DNA of 64,000 bases, from positions 18,930,341-18,994,340 of the forward strand of contig NC_083409.1 of assembly GCF_020745735.1 (NCBI RefSeq). The letters are read 5' to 3'. Position 1 is the first letter of the stretch, and each line of letters begins with the position of its first letter. Below the pieces are notes generated by a model. The model was not told where the DNA came from, searched no databases, and saw only the letters and a program-made list of their open reading frames with translations. This document shows positions 1-12,230 of this stretch, piece after piece. Both the position numbers and the translations under genes were made by a program. This DNA is from Hemiscyllium ocellatum. Taxonomy: Eukaryota.

Positions 1-1760
1 AGTGAAAAGGTTAGCCCACTCAAGCACAAAGGAGGAAAGTTAGGTGTAGAGTCAGAGAAAATGGGAGAGTTCTTAATGAGTACTTTGTTTCCGTATTCAC
101 CAAGAAGAGGGAAAAGATGGATGTTGAAATTGGGGATAGATCTTTGATTACTTTAGGTCAAGTCGGTTTAAGGGTGGAGGAAGTGTTGAGTATTCTAAAA
201 GGCATGAAGGTGGACAAGTCCCCAGGTCAGGATGGGATCTATCCCAGGTTACTGAGGGAACCGAGAGAGGAAATAGCTGGGGCCTTAACAGATATCTTTG
301 TAGCCGCCTTAAACGTGGCAGAGATCCCAGAGGACTAGAGAATTGCTAATGTTGTCCCCTTGTTTAAGAAGGGCAGCAAGGATAATCCAGGTTATTATCA
401 ACCGGTGAGCCTGACATCAGTGGTAGGGAAGATGCTGGAGAAGATACTGAGGGATTGGATCTATTTACATTTGGAAGAAAATTGACTTATCAGTGATAGG
501 CAGTATGATTTTGTGCAGGGAATGTCATATCTTACTAACTTAATAGAATTCTTTGAAGAAGTGACAAAGTTGATTGATGAGGAAAGGGCTTTTTGTGTCA
601 TATACATGGACTTCAGTAAGGTGTTTCACAAAGTTCCCCATGATAGCCTGATGGAGAAATTAAAGTCACATAGGGTCCAGAGTGTACTCGCCAGATGGAT
701 AGAGAATAGGCTGAACAACAGGAGGCTGACAGTGGTAGAGGAAGGGAGTTTCTCAAAATTGAAAACTGTGACCTGTGGTGTTCCACAGGGATCCATGTTG
801 TTTGCGATATACATAAATGATCTGGAGGAAGGTATAGGTGGTCTGGTTGGCAAGTTTGCAGATGACACTAAGATTGGTGGAGTAGCAGATAGTGAAGGGG
901 ACTGTCAGACAATGCAGCAGAATATAGATAGATTGGCGATTTGGACAGAGAATGGGACAGATGGAGTTCAATCTGGACAAATGCGAGCTGATGAATTTTG
1001 GAAGATCCAATTCTAGAGTGAACTATACAGTGAATGGAAAGTCCTGGAGAAAATAGATGCACAGAGAGATCTTGGTGTTCAGGTTCATTGTAACCTGAAG
1101 GTGGCAACACAGGTCGATAGAGTGGTCAAGAAGGTATGTGGCCTGCTTTCCTTCATCGGGTGGACAACTGAGTACAAAAGTTGGCAGGTCATGTTAGAAT
1201 TGTATCGGACTTTGGTTTGGCCACATTTGGAATACTGCCCACAGTTCTGGTCGTCATATTACCAGAAGGATGTGGATGCTTTGGAGAGGGTGCAGAGGAG
1301 GTTCACCAGGATTGCCTGGTATGGAGGGCACTAGCTATGGAGAAAGGTTGTGTAGATCAGGATTATTTTCATGAGAAAGTTAAAGTTTGAGGGGAGACCT
1401 GCTTGAGATGTACAAAATCATGAGAGGGAGAGACAGAGTGGATAGCACAAAGCTTTTTCCCAGAGTCGGGGACTCAATTACTCAGGCTCATGAGGAAGGT
1501 TAGAGAGAAAAGTTTAAGGGAGAAATGCATGGAAAGTTCTTTACACAGAGTGTTGTTGGTACCTGGAACGTATTGCCAGCCAAGGTGATAGAGGCAGGCA
1601 TGATCACACCATTAAAGATGTATCTAGACAGACACATGAATGGGCAGGGAGTAAAGGGATAAAGATCCTTGGAAAATTGATGACCAGTTTAGGTAGATGT
1701 TCTGGATTGGCGCAGACTTGGAGGCCCGAAGGGTCTGAGTCTGTGCTGTAATTTGTTTTG
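1..1760 (+). mobile_element. CR1-type LINE, decayed ORF2 (RT) through 3' tail
   Basis: ORF fragments KSPGQDGIYPRLLRE, YMDFSKVFHKVPH, GVPQGS, KFADDTKIGG, LYRTLVWPHLEYC; broken by stops and frameshifts. Confidence 0.9.
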
Positions 1761-1829
1761 TTCTTTGAACTGACGAAGCTCAGTGGCACAGAGTGATCTT
1801 GGGGTACTTGCCCACTGATCTCTGAATGT

Positions 1830-3050
1830 GGCAAGACAGGTTAACAGAGCAGTTATGAAGGCACTTGCATTTGTCATTCAGGTAATTGCTATAAAAGCAG
1901 GAGGATATGTTGCAGTTAAGCAGAACATTGGTTAGGCCACAGCTGGAGTACTGTGTGCAGTTCAGGTCGCCACACTGTAGGAAGGATGTGATTGCACTGG
2001 ATGGGGTGCAGAGGGGAATCACCAGGATGTTGTGTGGGATGGAACCTCTCAGTGATGAAGAGAAATTGGAACAGCTCGGTTTGTTTTCTTCAGAGCAGAG
2101 AAGGTGGAGGGGGGACCTGATCGAGGTGTATAAGGTTATGAGGGGAATGGACAGGGAGGAGAGAAAGCAGCTGTTCTCCTTTGTCGAGGGGGGTGGGTGG
2201 GTGGAGGCTCAATAACAAGTTGGTTCACATTCAATGTGAAAGGTAACAGGTTTCAAGATGTTTTGAGGAAATTGTTTTTCACCCAGAGGATGATGTGGTT
2301 CTGGAATGCACACCGTGGGAAGGTAGTTGAAGTGGGAAACCTCATAAACCTTAAAAAGTACTTGGGTGAGTAGTTGAAATGTCATAACATTCAAGCAATG
2401 GGCCTTGTGTTGGAAAATGAGACTGGTGTAGGTTTAGTGTAAATTGGCTGGTACACAGTTAATGGGCCAAAGGGCCTCCTCTGTACGGTGTGATTTTATG
2501 ATTCTATTGTGTGCAGTTTTGGGCTCAGTATCTGAGAAATGATGTTCTGGCTGTGGAGGGAGGGAAATGAAGGTTTACCAGACTGATCCCTGGGACGACA
2601 GCACTTATATCTGTTGAGAAACTGGATCAGTTAGGACTATATTCACTGGAGGTTAGAAGATTGAGAGGAACCGCACTGAAACCTTTAAAATCCGAACAGG
2701 ACAAGACCGGAAAAACACAGGAAGGATGTTCCTAATGACTGGAGAATCCAGAACCAGGAATTAGTTTAAAGAAAAGGGAAAGGCCATTTTGGACTGAGAT
2801 GAGGAGACATTTCTTTAGCCAGAGAGTGGGAAGTTGGTGGAATATTCTGTCACAGAAAGCAGTTGAGCCCAAACCATTAAATGTTTTCAAGAAGATGATA
2901 GGTACAGTTCTTGGGACTGAAGGGATTAAGAGTTATGGGGGAAAATGGGAACGGGGGCTAAGTTGAATAATCAACCCTGGTCATGTTGAATGGTGGAACT
3001 GACTCAAAGGACTGAATGGCCTCCTCCTGCTCTTAGTTCCTTTGCTTCTA
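1830..3050 (+). mobile_element. Two adjacent 5'-truncated CR1 3' fragments
   Basis: RTLVRPQLEYCVQFRSPHCRKDVIALDGVQR...RGDLIEVYK; typical 3' UTR ending gaatggcctcctcctgctc; same junction recurs at about 21250-22420. Confidence 0.85.
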
Positions 3051-3084
3051 TGTTTGAGAGACTGTTCATAAACATGGAAACAAT

Positions 3085-3900
3085 GGAATTATAGAGTCAC
3101 AGAGTCATCGAGTCCTACAGCACAAAGACAGGTCCTTTGGCCCAAACTGGACCGTGCTGACCAAAATGTCCATCCACACTAACCCCATTTCCCTGCACTT
3201 GGTCCATATCCTTCAAATGTTTTCCTATCTATGTATTTGTCAAAATGCTTTTTAAATGTTGTTAATGTACCCCCCTCAATCATTTCCACTGCAGCTCATT
3301 CCATTTGCGGATGACCCTCTGTACAAATGCTGTCCCTCAGGTTCTCTTTTATTCTAACCTTAAACTGATGCCCTCTACTCCTTGATTCCCCAACTCTGGG
3401 AAAAAGACTGAATGCATTCACTCTATCCATGTCTCACATGATCTTTTCTACTTCTAAAAGATCCCCCTCAGTCTCCTCCGCTCTAAGAAATGAATCCTAC
3501 TTTGTCCAACCTCTCCCTGTCACTCAGATCATTGAGTCCAGGCAACCTCCTTGTACATTTCCTCTGTACTCTTTGCGATTTAATAATATCCTTCCTTTAA
3601 CAAAGTGAACAAAACTGAACACAATACTCCAAGTGAGACCTCACCAACGTCCTGTACAATTTAATATAACTTCCCAAATTCTATACCCAGTACCCTGACT
3701 GATGAAGGCCATGACACCGCTTCTTGTAGTGTCATCTGCAAACTTACTAATCATGCTTTGCAGATTCTCATCCAAATTATTGATAGAGATAACAAACAGT
3801 AATGGGTCCAGCACTGAACCCTGAGGCACTCCACAAGTCACTGGCCCCCAGTCAGACTAGCATCCTTCCACTATGATCCTCTGCTTCCTACCATTAAGCC
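3085..3900 (-). mobile_element. CR1 LINE 3' fragment
   Basis: Minus ORF GVPQGSVLDPLLFVISINNLDENLQSMISKFADDT; CR1 tail at left end. Confidence 0.85.
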
Positions 3901-4129
3901 AAAGAGAGAAAAAATATCTGTCTTTGGTGAGGAATTCATTTGGGTGTAGGCGGCCTTTGGATGTAGGGGACAGAGAAGAGGGATAATGTGTGTGCTCTCC
4001 AATAATGTGAATATTGGTGTCCCCAGGGATCTGCGCTGGGACCTCAGCATTTCATGATATTTCTCAATGACATGGATGAAGGAATAGCGAGCCATTAATC
4101 CAAGATTGCAGACCACACTGAGCAACACA

Positions 4130-4540
4130 GTTTGGAGGAGGTTACAGAGATAGGGAGAGTGAAGGACAGGGATGGATTTGAAAACAAGCATGAGAATTTG
4201 ATGACCGAAGTGTTGCTGGTCCAGGAGCCAATGTAGACATGGTGTGCAGGGGATTGGGGGAACAGACGTTGGTGCAAGTCTGGACATGGGCAGCAGACTT
4301 TGGGAAGAGTGAGTGCAGTGGCTGTGATGTGTGCAAGCACAACATTAGAATGCCCATGTTTGGAGTCACAACAGGATGGCTGAGATTTTCAGTGGCTGAT
4401 CTTTGTGATGTGGAAGATGTGGGACTCAGATCAGCAGGAAAGATGAGGCCCAGGTTGAAAAGAGTCTGGTTGAGCAGCAGACAGTGCTCAGGGAGAGGGA
4501 TGGAGTTTGTACCGGGAGCTGAAGAGGATGGCTGTGACCT
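4130..4540 (-). mobile_element. L2-like LINE 3' fragment
   Basis: Minus translation LHWLLDQQHFGHQILMLVFKSIPVLHSPYLCNLLQ resembles the L2-type C-terminus (LHWLPV..R..FKIL.LVFKSL); paralog at about 22670-23000. Confidence 0.65.
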
Positions 4541-4579
4541 TCCCAATGTGTTTCCCAGTGAGCCTGACTCCTCAGTCCT

Positions 4580-4733
4580 TTAGCTGCTGTGATTGTCACT
4601 GATCGGACACTTATTATTAGAGATTCTGACCACAGCAGAAAGCCCCAGTGTAAAAAATAACTGCAAAGACTGTCAGATCGCAAGGTTGAAACTTCACCAA
4701 AAGAGGAAGTGAAAGAAGGAGCTCGGAGCAGCT
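4580..4733 (+). promoter_or_regulatory. Conserved non-repeat element (paralog copy): candidate B-cell enhancer
   Basis: 7 mismatches in 154 bp versus 23279-23432; GGAAGTGAAA at 4705-4714, ACCACA at 4629-4634, kB-like AGAAAGCCCC. Confidence 0.45.
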
Positions 4734-4829
4734 CACAAACACACACACCTGCACTCGGAGATCAGAAACAAAATCCAGCAGCAGCTCTGTCTCCAAGCTG
4801 TGAAACCTGCACAGAATTGTTCCCTCATT

Positions 4830-5400
4830 CAGTTTTTAACTGGCGGGATAGACCAAGCAGGGGAGGCAACACAGTGGTGTGTACAGTCGGAAGGGAGTTG
4901 CCCTGGGAGTCCTCACCATTAACTATGGAACCCATGAAGCCTCATGACAGCAGGTCAAACATGGAGAAGGAAACCTCCTGCTGATTACCACATAGCACCG
5001 CCCATCCCTCCAGCCTCAACTGAGCAGTCAGTCCTCCTCCATGTTGAACAACACTTGGAGGTAGCACTGAGGGTGGGAAGGATGCAGGATATACTCTGAG
5101 TAAAGCACTTCAAAGTCCACCATCAAGAGCTTCTCAGAAGCATCACTACTGAGCAAGCTGGTCAAGTTCCACCTGATTCAGCTGCTAGACTGGACCTGGG
5201 GCAGGTGGTGAGGGAACCAACAAGAGGGAAAAACATACTCACTATCACCCTCACCAATCTGCCTGCTGCTGGTGTAGCTGTCCATGACAATATCAGTCAG
5301 AGTGACCACTGCACAGTCCGTGTGGAGACAAAATCCTGTCTTCACATTGAGAATACCTTGCATTTTGTTGGGCAAGAGATATGGGATATCAGGAAGGACT
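4830..5400 (+). mobile_element. Non-CR1 LINE endonuclease fragment (clade not assigned)
   Basis: WRDRPSRGGNTVV..., REPTRGKNILTITLTNLP...SDHCTV: APE endonuclease motifs. Confidence 0.7.
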
Positions 5401-6654
5401 TTGTTTTTAGCAGCAATTGGCAATGACTTCAAAATTAGTGCCCATTCAGGTGAGGCAAGTGAAGACACTCAGGGATTGCAATGGCAGATTGGATGGGCTC
5501 TTGATGGAAATAAACCTGCAAGGCCCTGGGGGTCGAGTCGGGGAGGGGGTGGGACTGACTGGATTGCTCCATGAAATGACAGCATTTACCTGACAGGCTG
5601 AATGTTCTCCCCCTGTGCTGGAAATAGGTCTCACTCAATGAGGGGTTCACAAATAGAGAGTTTGGATGCAGTAAATACAGGAAAAAATGTTTCTCCAGGC
5701 AGGAGGGTCAGTAACCAGAGGGCACACATTTCAGAAAGGGTCTGAAGAACAAGAGCGAAGATAGGAACATTTTTTATCCAGCGAGTTCATGATGACTGTC
5801 TGCAAGGTGAGTGGAAGTGGATTCAACAGCAACTTTCAAAAGGGCATTTGGAGAAATAGCTGAAAAGGAAACCATTACAAGGTTATACAGGAAGGGCTGG
5901 GGAAATGGGACTCATTGAACTAATTTGACTAACAGTCACAATAGGCCCAGTGACCTCTGTCTGTGCTGTATAAGAGCTTACACACACTTAGTCTCACCTT
6001 TACACAAAACCTGGGAGAAACAGACAACCCAGTTTACAGACAAGTGTTTTCTCAAGCAAAACGCTCTTGAACAAACTCAGAAAACAGGCCAGACTAGATT
6101 TACTGGACTATATCAGCAAATCAATGGCAAGTGAACAGTGAACCAAAAGTAATGGCACTCAACAGTATATTCAATAGCACAACAATTGAGAGGGGAGGGA
6201 TGAAGGGCAGGGGGTCAGAGAGCTCTAGGGGTCTGAAGGCTCTGCTGTCAATGGTGGGATGGAGGAAGCAGCAATGCGCAGGAGACCAGCGAGAGAAGAT
6301 GGAAGGGGGAGGGAGAGAATGTGAGTCTGCAGCAGGGCACAGAGTGATGGAGGAGGGAGGCCATGGAGGCAATTGGCTGGCAGTGAGGTCAGGGTTCATT
6401 CTGGAACAACACATGGAAAGACAGGGAAGAGACCACGCCATATCAGACAAGCTGGCGTTTATGGAATTTGGCATCAGGAAGCTGGGAAAGGACATTGGAA
6501 TCATATAGTTAGAAGGCAGGACAAACAGGAATTAGGGTTTCTGTGGTCAAGGGGCTGAGGTAGTGCAGAGATGGAAAATGCCGTTAAGACTGAAATAAGA
6601 GACCTACGTGATGGAGAGGATGTAGGGTTTGCAGCTCACGTATTGGACAGTCCC

Positions 6655-6745
6655 GAGGGAAAGAGGCCCATGTTTACTGGTCTCTTCTGAAGCATCCAGT
6701 GGGAAGGAGGTCCATGTTTACTGGTCCTATGGGAAGATGGACCAT
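6655..6745. repeat. Degenerate ~44-bp minisatellite (left part)
   Basis: Units like gaggcccatgtttactggtctc...cagtgggaag. Confidence 0.6.
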
Positions 6746-6747
6746 CA

Positions 6748-7985
6748 TCATAGAGTTATGGAGGTTTACAGCATGGCATCAGGCCCTTCAGCTCTACTCA
6801 TCCATGCCGACCAAGTTTCCAAAACTGAACCAGTCCCATTTGCCTGTGTTTGGCCCAAATCTCTCCGAATCCTTCCTATCCATGTTCCTGTAAAAATGTC
6901 CCGGAAATGTAGTAATTGTACTCACCTTTACCACTTCCTCTGGCAGTCATTGCACATACACGCCATCCTCTGTGTGAAAAGGTTGCCACTCAGGGCCCTT
7001 CTAACTCTTTCCCCTCTCAACTTAAATCTATTCCTTCTAGTATTGGACTCTCCTACTCTGGGGAAAAGACGTTGAATATTCATCTTATCAATGACCCTCA
7101 TGATTCTATAAACCTCTATCTGGTCACCCCTCAATCTTTTGCATTCCCTGGAAGAACATCTCGGCCTATCCATCCTCGCCTTATAATTCAAACCCTCCAA
7201 TCTTGGTAACATCCCTGTTAATCTTTATTTTATCCAAACCAGTGTAATAACTTCCTTCCTATAGCAGGGTGAGCAGAAATGTGCACAGTGTCCAAATGTG
7301 GCCAAATCAATGTCTTATACAGCTGTCACATGATGTCCCAGCTCCTGTACTCCCTGCTTTGACCAGTGAAGGTGAGCGTGTCAAATACCTTCTTCACCAC
7401 CCTGTCTACCTGTGACATCACTATCAAGGAACTATGTACCTGTACCCCTCAGTCTCTCTGTTCAACAACACTCCCCATGGCTCTACCATGAATTGTGTAA
7501 TTCCTGCCCTGGTTTGTCTTACCAAAAGGTAACTCCTTCCATTTATCGAAATTAAACTCCATCTGGATTTGTTGACCCACTGGCCCAGTTGATCAAGATG
7601 ACATTGCACTCTTGGATAACCTTCTTCCCTGTCGACGATGCCAACAATTTTAATGTCAGCCACAAACTTACTGACCATTCCTGCTATTTTCTCATCCACA
7701 TTGTTCATATAAATGAAGACCAACAGTGGATCCAGGATCATTTCTTGTGGCAGACGGCTGGTCACTAGCCTCCAGTCTGAAGAACAACTGTCTCTCACCA
7801 GCCTCGGCCTCCTACCATCAGGCCAATTTTATATCCAATTGGCTCGCTCTCCCTTGATCCTATGTGATATAATCTTACTGAGCATGGTGGGGGGAACCTT
7901 GTCTAAGGCCTTGCTAAAGTTCATGTAGAGAGAGTGTACTGCTCTACCTTTATCTACCTTCTTGATTAATTCTTCAAAAACTCAG
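6748..7985 (-). mobile_element. CR1 LINE RT and 3' tail inserted into the minisatellite
   Basis: Minus ORFs SDWRLVTSRLPQ...SKFVADIKIVG and LEGLNYKARMDR...LRGDQIEVYRIM. Confidence 0.85.
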
Positions 7986-7989
7986 CCAT

Positions 7990-8150
7990 CCACTCATCTC
8001 TGTTGGAAAGTCCAGTTCTTCGGAGCCCCATGTTTACTGGTCTCAATTAGCAAGTTCAGTGGGAAGGAGGCCCATGTTTTCTGGTCTCAATTGGGAGGTT
8101 CAGTGGGAAGGAGGTCCATGTCTCTCCATTGGGCAGCCCCGTGAACTGAA
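7990..8150. repeat. Degenerate ~44-bp minisatellite (right part)
   Basis: ggaggcccatgttttctggtctcaattgggaggttcagtgggaa repeated about 3 times. Confidence 0.7.
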
Positions 8151-8659
8151 TTCAATGTTTGTTGGTCTCTGTTGGAGTGTCCATTACATCATGGACGCCA
8201 TGGTTGGTGTGGGGCCAGTTCCCTTCTGTTGTAACTGTGATGCTCTGAACATCATCCCAGTGAAACACGTTGACTCAGAGACTGATCATGGAATGGGAAG
8301 GAGAGGGGAAAGGTTTGGAACATGTTGTGAATGGACAGGATGGGTCACTGGGTCACAACCTGTCCTGCCCCATCCCTCCAGCTCACACTGATGGCCTGAG
8401 GATCTCCTCTCTCTGCTGTGCCTTCATGGAATGAGGTTTGTGTCCAAATCAGTCCCCAGTGAGAATAGGCCAACAGCACAGAACTGCCCTTCATTTGACA
8501 AGAATCTGTCCATCTTCCTGAGAGATGCTAAACCTTGGCCACTGTGGGAAATGGGGCCTTACTCCAGGAAAAAAAAATGCTTCTGGGGTCAAAGGTTAAC
8601 ATCCATTATCGGGGCAGAGCAGAAGGAGATTTATTCTGCATTCAACTGTCATCACCTGG

Positions 8660-8945
8660 GACACTGTGAGAAAGGGAGAGAAGCGAGACAGAGAGAGAGA
8701 GTTAGAGGGAGTGTGTGTGTGTAATCGAGGAATAGAGGGAGGAGCATCTGAGACAGATGTGAGATATGGCAGGGGACTGAGAGAGATAGAGGGAGGTAGA
8801 AATGGTGTGGTTGATGGAGAGAAAGAGAGAGAGAGAGAGAATATGAAAGAGAATATGAAAGAGATGAAAAGTGGGAGAGAGACAGAGAGGTAGAGAGAAA
8901 GAAGTGGCAAATGTGAGTCAAAAAGGAAGATAGAGAGAGAGGTGG
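8660..8945. repeat. GA-rich low-complexity tract
   Basis: (GA)n/GAGAAA-rich; positionally homologous to the gap plus GA tract at 26360-26735. Confidence 0.85.
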
Positions 8946-9239
8946 ACAGGTCGTGGTCACCACGTTCTGGGAAGGATTTGATTGTACTTAAGAGTGTGCA
9001 GAGATTTACCAGGATGCTGCCTGCAATAGAGAGTTAGTTATGAGGAAAGATTGGAAAGGTTGAGGTTGTTTTGCGTGGAGCAGTGAAGGTTGAGAAAGAA
9101 CCTCATTGAGGGGTATAAGATTATTCAAGGCTGTGATATGGTGGGTAGGAAATAAAAGCATCAATAAAACAGTTATTAATGTGATTCTCAGAGATGTGTC
9201 ATTATTCTAGTCACAAACAACTATTTCCCAGTGAAGGGG

Positions 9240-11030
9240 TCCATCCTGCTGAATATTAGATACAGCTGGGCTTTGGAGAAATATTGGCAGAATGGAGTGT
9301 AATGTGGGGGACAAGAATCACAAAGTTAGTACACAGCTACAGCAAGTGAATCCGGAGGCAGATGGAGTGTTGGTGCTCCTTGTAAAGGGAATGCAATCTA
9401 AAAGCAGGGACATTTTACTGCAGCTGTACAGGGGTTAGGGTTAGGGGCTTGGTGTGGGCACATCTGGAGTATGGTGTCCAGTATCAGGCTCCTTATTGAA
9501 TAAAGGACAGGAGCTACATTGGATGTAGTTCAGTGATAGTTCCCTTGACTGATTCCTGGTACGGAGCGATTGTCTTATGGGCAAAGGTCAAACAGGTTTG
9601 GAATCTGATCCCTGGAGTTTAGAAGAATGAGAGGGAATCTCATTGAAATGTATAGAATTCTTAAGGGGATTGACAAGGGAAATGCTGGATGTTTCCCTTC
9701 TTGGGAGAATAAGGGCGACACAGAAAATCACTGGGTAACCACTAGGACAGGATCAGGAATGCAGGAGGACCAGAAAGCTGAACTGTATCTATTTTAATGT
9801 AAGGAGCTTGACGAGTAAGGAGGTTGAACTGAGAGCATTGACCAGCACGTGGGAATATCATATTGCTGCAAATGCTGAGACATGATTGAACAAAGATAGG
9901 ACTGGCAGCTCAACATTCCAGGGTAGAGAAGTCTCAGGTGGGATAGAGGGAATGCAGGACAGGTGGTGTAATGTAGTATTGATAAAGGAGACCATCACTG
10001 CTGGATTTAAGGAGCATTCCTTGGAAGGCTTTTCAAACGAGGCCATCTGGGTGAAGCTAAAAATACAAAAAGAACAATGACTTTGCTGAGATTGTACTAT
10101 AGACCTCCCAATAGTCAGATGGAGAGAGAGGAGGAGATATGTTGGCAAATCACAGAGAGGTGTGAGAGGAATAGGGTTATGTTAGCAAGGAGTTTCAACT
10201 TCTCTAACATGAACTGGGATTGCCTTTGTGTGAATGGTGGTATTTTTAAAGTCCATCCAGGAGAGCTTTGGGTGCCAGTATGTAGATAGTCCCTCTAAAC
10301 ATGGACAGTGCTGGACTCAATCCTAGGTAATGAAACCAGTCAAATAGTTGAAGAGTCAGTGGGTGAGCATTTTGCAGATATTGAACATAAGTCCATAAGT
10401 TTTATAATTATTATGGAAAGGAATAAGGGTAGTGCAGAAAGGTAATTGTCTAAAGTGAGGCAAAGCCAATTTCAATGTTATGAGACAGGATCTGGCAAAT
10501 ATCGACTGGGAGCAGCTACTTGCAGGTCAGTCTACATTTGGAAAGTGGGAAGCTTTTTAATGTGAGACATTGAGAATTCAAGGCCAGCTCAGAAAGAAAA
10601 GCAAGGGCAGCAACTCCTGGGATCCTGGATGTCGAGGAATATGGATAGTTTGGGAAAGGAAAAGAAGGAAACCTTTGTCAGCGACAGAGCATCAAAAACA
10701 AGAGAGGCCCTTCAGGAGGAGAGAAAGTGTGGGGAGGTGCTTAAAAAAATAGGAGGGCAAAGTGGAACCATGAAATATCTTTGGCAGCCTGAGCCCCTCA
10801 CCCCAGAATGCTTAAGAAAAAGTGGCACTAGAAAGAATAGATGCATTTGTGGTCATCTTTCAGAATTCTAGACTCTGGAGCAGTTCCTATGGATTGGAGG
10901 GTGGCTAACATAACCCCACTATTTAAGAAGGGAGGCAGAGACCGGTTAGCTTGACATCAGTAGAGGGAGAAATACTGGAGTCCATTATAAAAGATGTGCA
11001 GCAAATTTTGTTGTAACCTGCACTTTATGA
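9240..11030 (+). mobile_element. CR1 LINE fragments (3' piece, then endonuclease/ORF2 piece)
   Basis: EAIWVKLK, LYYRPPNSQ, FNFSNMNWDCL, IPMDWRVANITPLFKKG-like sequence. Confidence 0.8.
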
Positions 11031-11465
11031 ACTAGCACTCTTGACAAACCGGCAGAAGTTATATTCCTCAAATGCCACAAAGTTTAAGACATTAGTCTGT
11101 CCAATTATTATGCATTTATCATGTAATAATTCCAATGTAAACATACTTGTTGTTTAATTGAATATCCACATGAAATATCAACAGTTGATTCAATTTTGAG
11201 TCAATTTCTCCTCAAACACGGTGACCTGCCACGATGTCTGGGTAATCAGTTGAGAGTGTGAGTGAGAAGGATAGGGAGAAAGTGGACTATTCGAAATACA
11301 AAGCATGATGGAGGGTTGTCTTTGTGATTGGAAGCCTGTGATCAGTGGTGTAAGACAAGGATTGGGGCTGGGACCCTTTCTGTTTGTAATGTACATTAAC
11401 AAATTGATTGTGATTGCATAATTAGAAAGCTTTCAGATGCCACATAAATTGGTGGTGTTGTTGAT

Positions 11466-12230
11466 ATTGATTTGATTTTTATTTTATTGTCACAAGTGTT
11501 CAAGCACAAAAGTATAGGAGTGCAGTGAAAAGTATGTATTGTCGCATCACAAGGTACCATCTTACGTACAAGGACCTAGGTACAGAATCTTAAGAACAAG
11601 ATAGAAAGAAAGAATAAAGTTAAAAGATACCCATTACAGATTAATTTTAAGAAGAAAATAAAGTAACAAATCTGAAAGTTCAATCATTAGTCTTTCCTAA
11701 GCACTTAGCTACCATGGGATCATACTGCGAGTCGTTACCCTGAGACCAGAAGTCCATGCTGAGGCCGTGCTGGGCTGAGAGAACACCAAATACAGCAAAA
11801 GATCACCCTGTGGGCTAGAGACAACCACACTGGGCCACTGAGAGATGGCCATGCTAGGCTGAGAGTCCATCACGCTGGGCTGACAGTCCAGCATGCTGGG
11901 CTGAGAGGCCACCACATTAAACTGAGAGGCCTCTATGTCATACCGAGAGTCTGCCTTTCTGGGCTGGGATGTCTCCCTGCCAGGCCAGGACACTGCCACA
12001 CAAAGCTGAGAGGCCATATCACTGGGTTGCACTGGTCAGAGACCAGGTGTCTGAGGCCGCGAGTCTGTGGCTGGGAGAGAAAAGATGAAACAAGGACAAA
12101 AGAAAAACACAAAAGAAAAGAAAAAAAGATTGAAGAAAAACAGGAAAAGGAAACAGTTGGAGCAGGTGAACTCGGTTTGAAGAGTCCTACTCTGCTGCCA
12201 TCTTGGATTACCGGGTCTCAGGCTACAGTC
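11466..12230 (-). mobile_element. ~770-bp LINE-derived non-autonomous element (YY1-type 5' end, AATAAA/TCAAA tail)
   Basis: Minus strand begins near CAAGATGGCAGC (12194-12205) and ends caataaaataaaaatcaaatcaa; inserted in CR1 RT. Confidence 0.5.
11740..12070. repeat. 21-bp degenerate tandem array
   Basis: Units like gctgggctgagagtccatcac; gives 7-aa periodicity SQPSMLD/CQPSVMD/SQPSMAI in the minus ORF. Confidence 0.8.

Noticed and set aside
4870-4876. CACAGTG as an RSS of a lost V
   Set aside because: It lies inside LINE endonuclease coding sequence with no nonamer and no V upstream.
9435-9446. (TTAGGG)2 as interstitial telomere
   Set aside because: Only two units (a similar short match near 27030); expected by chance.
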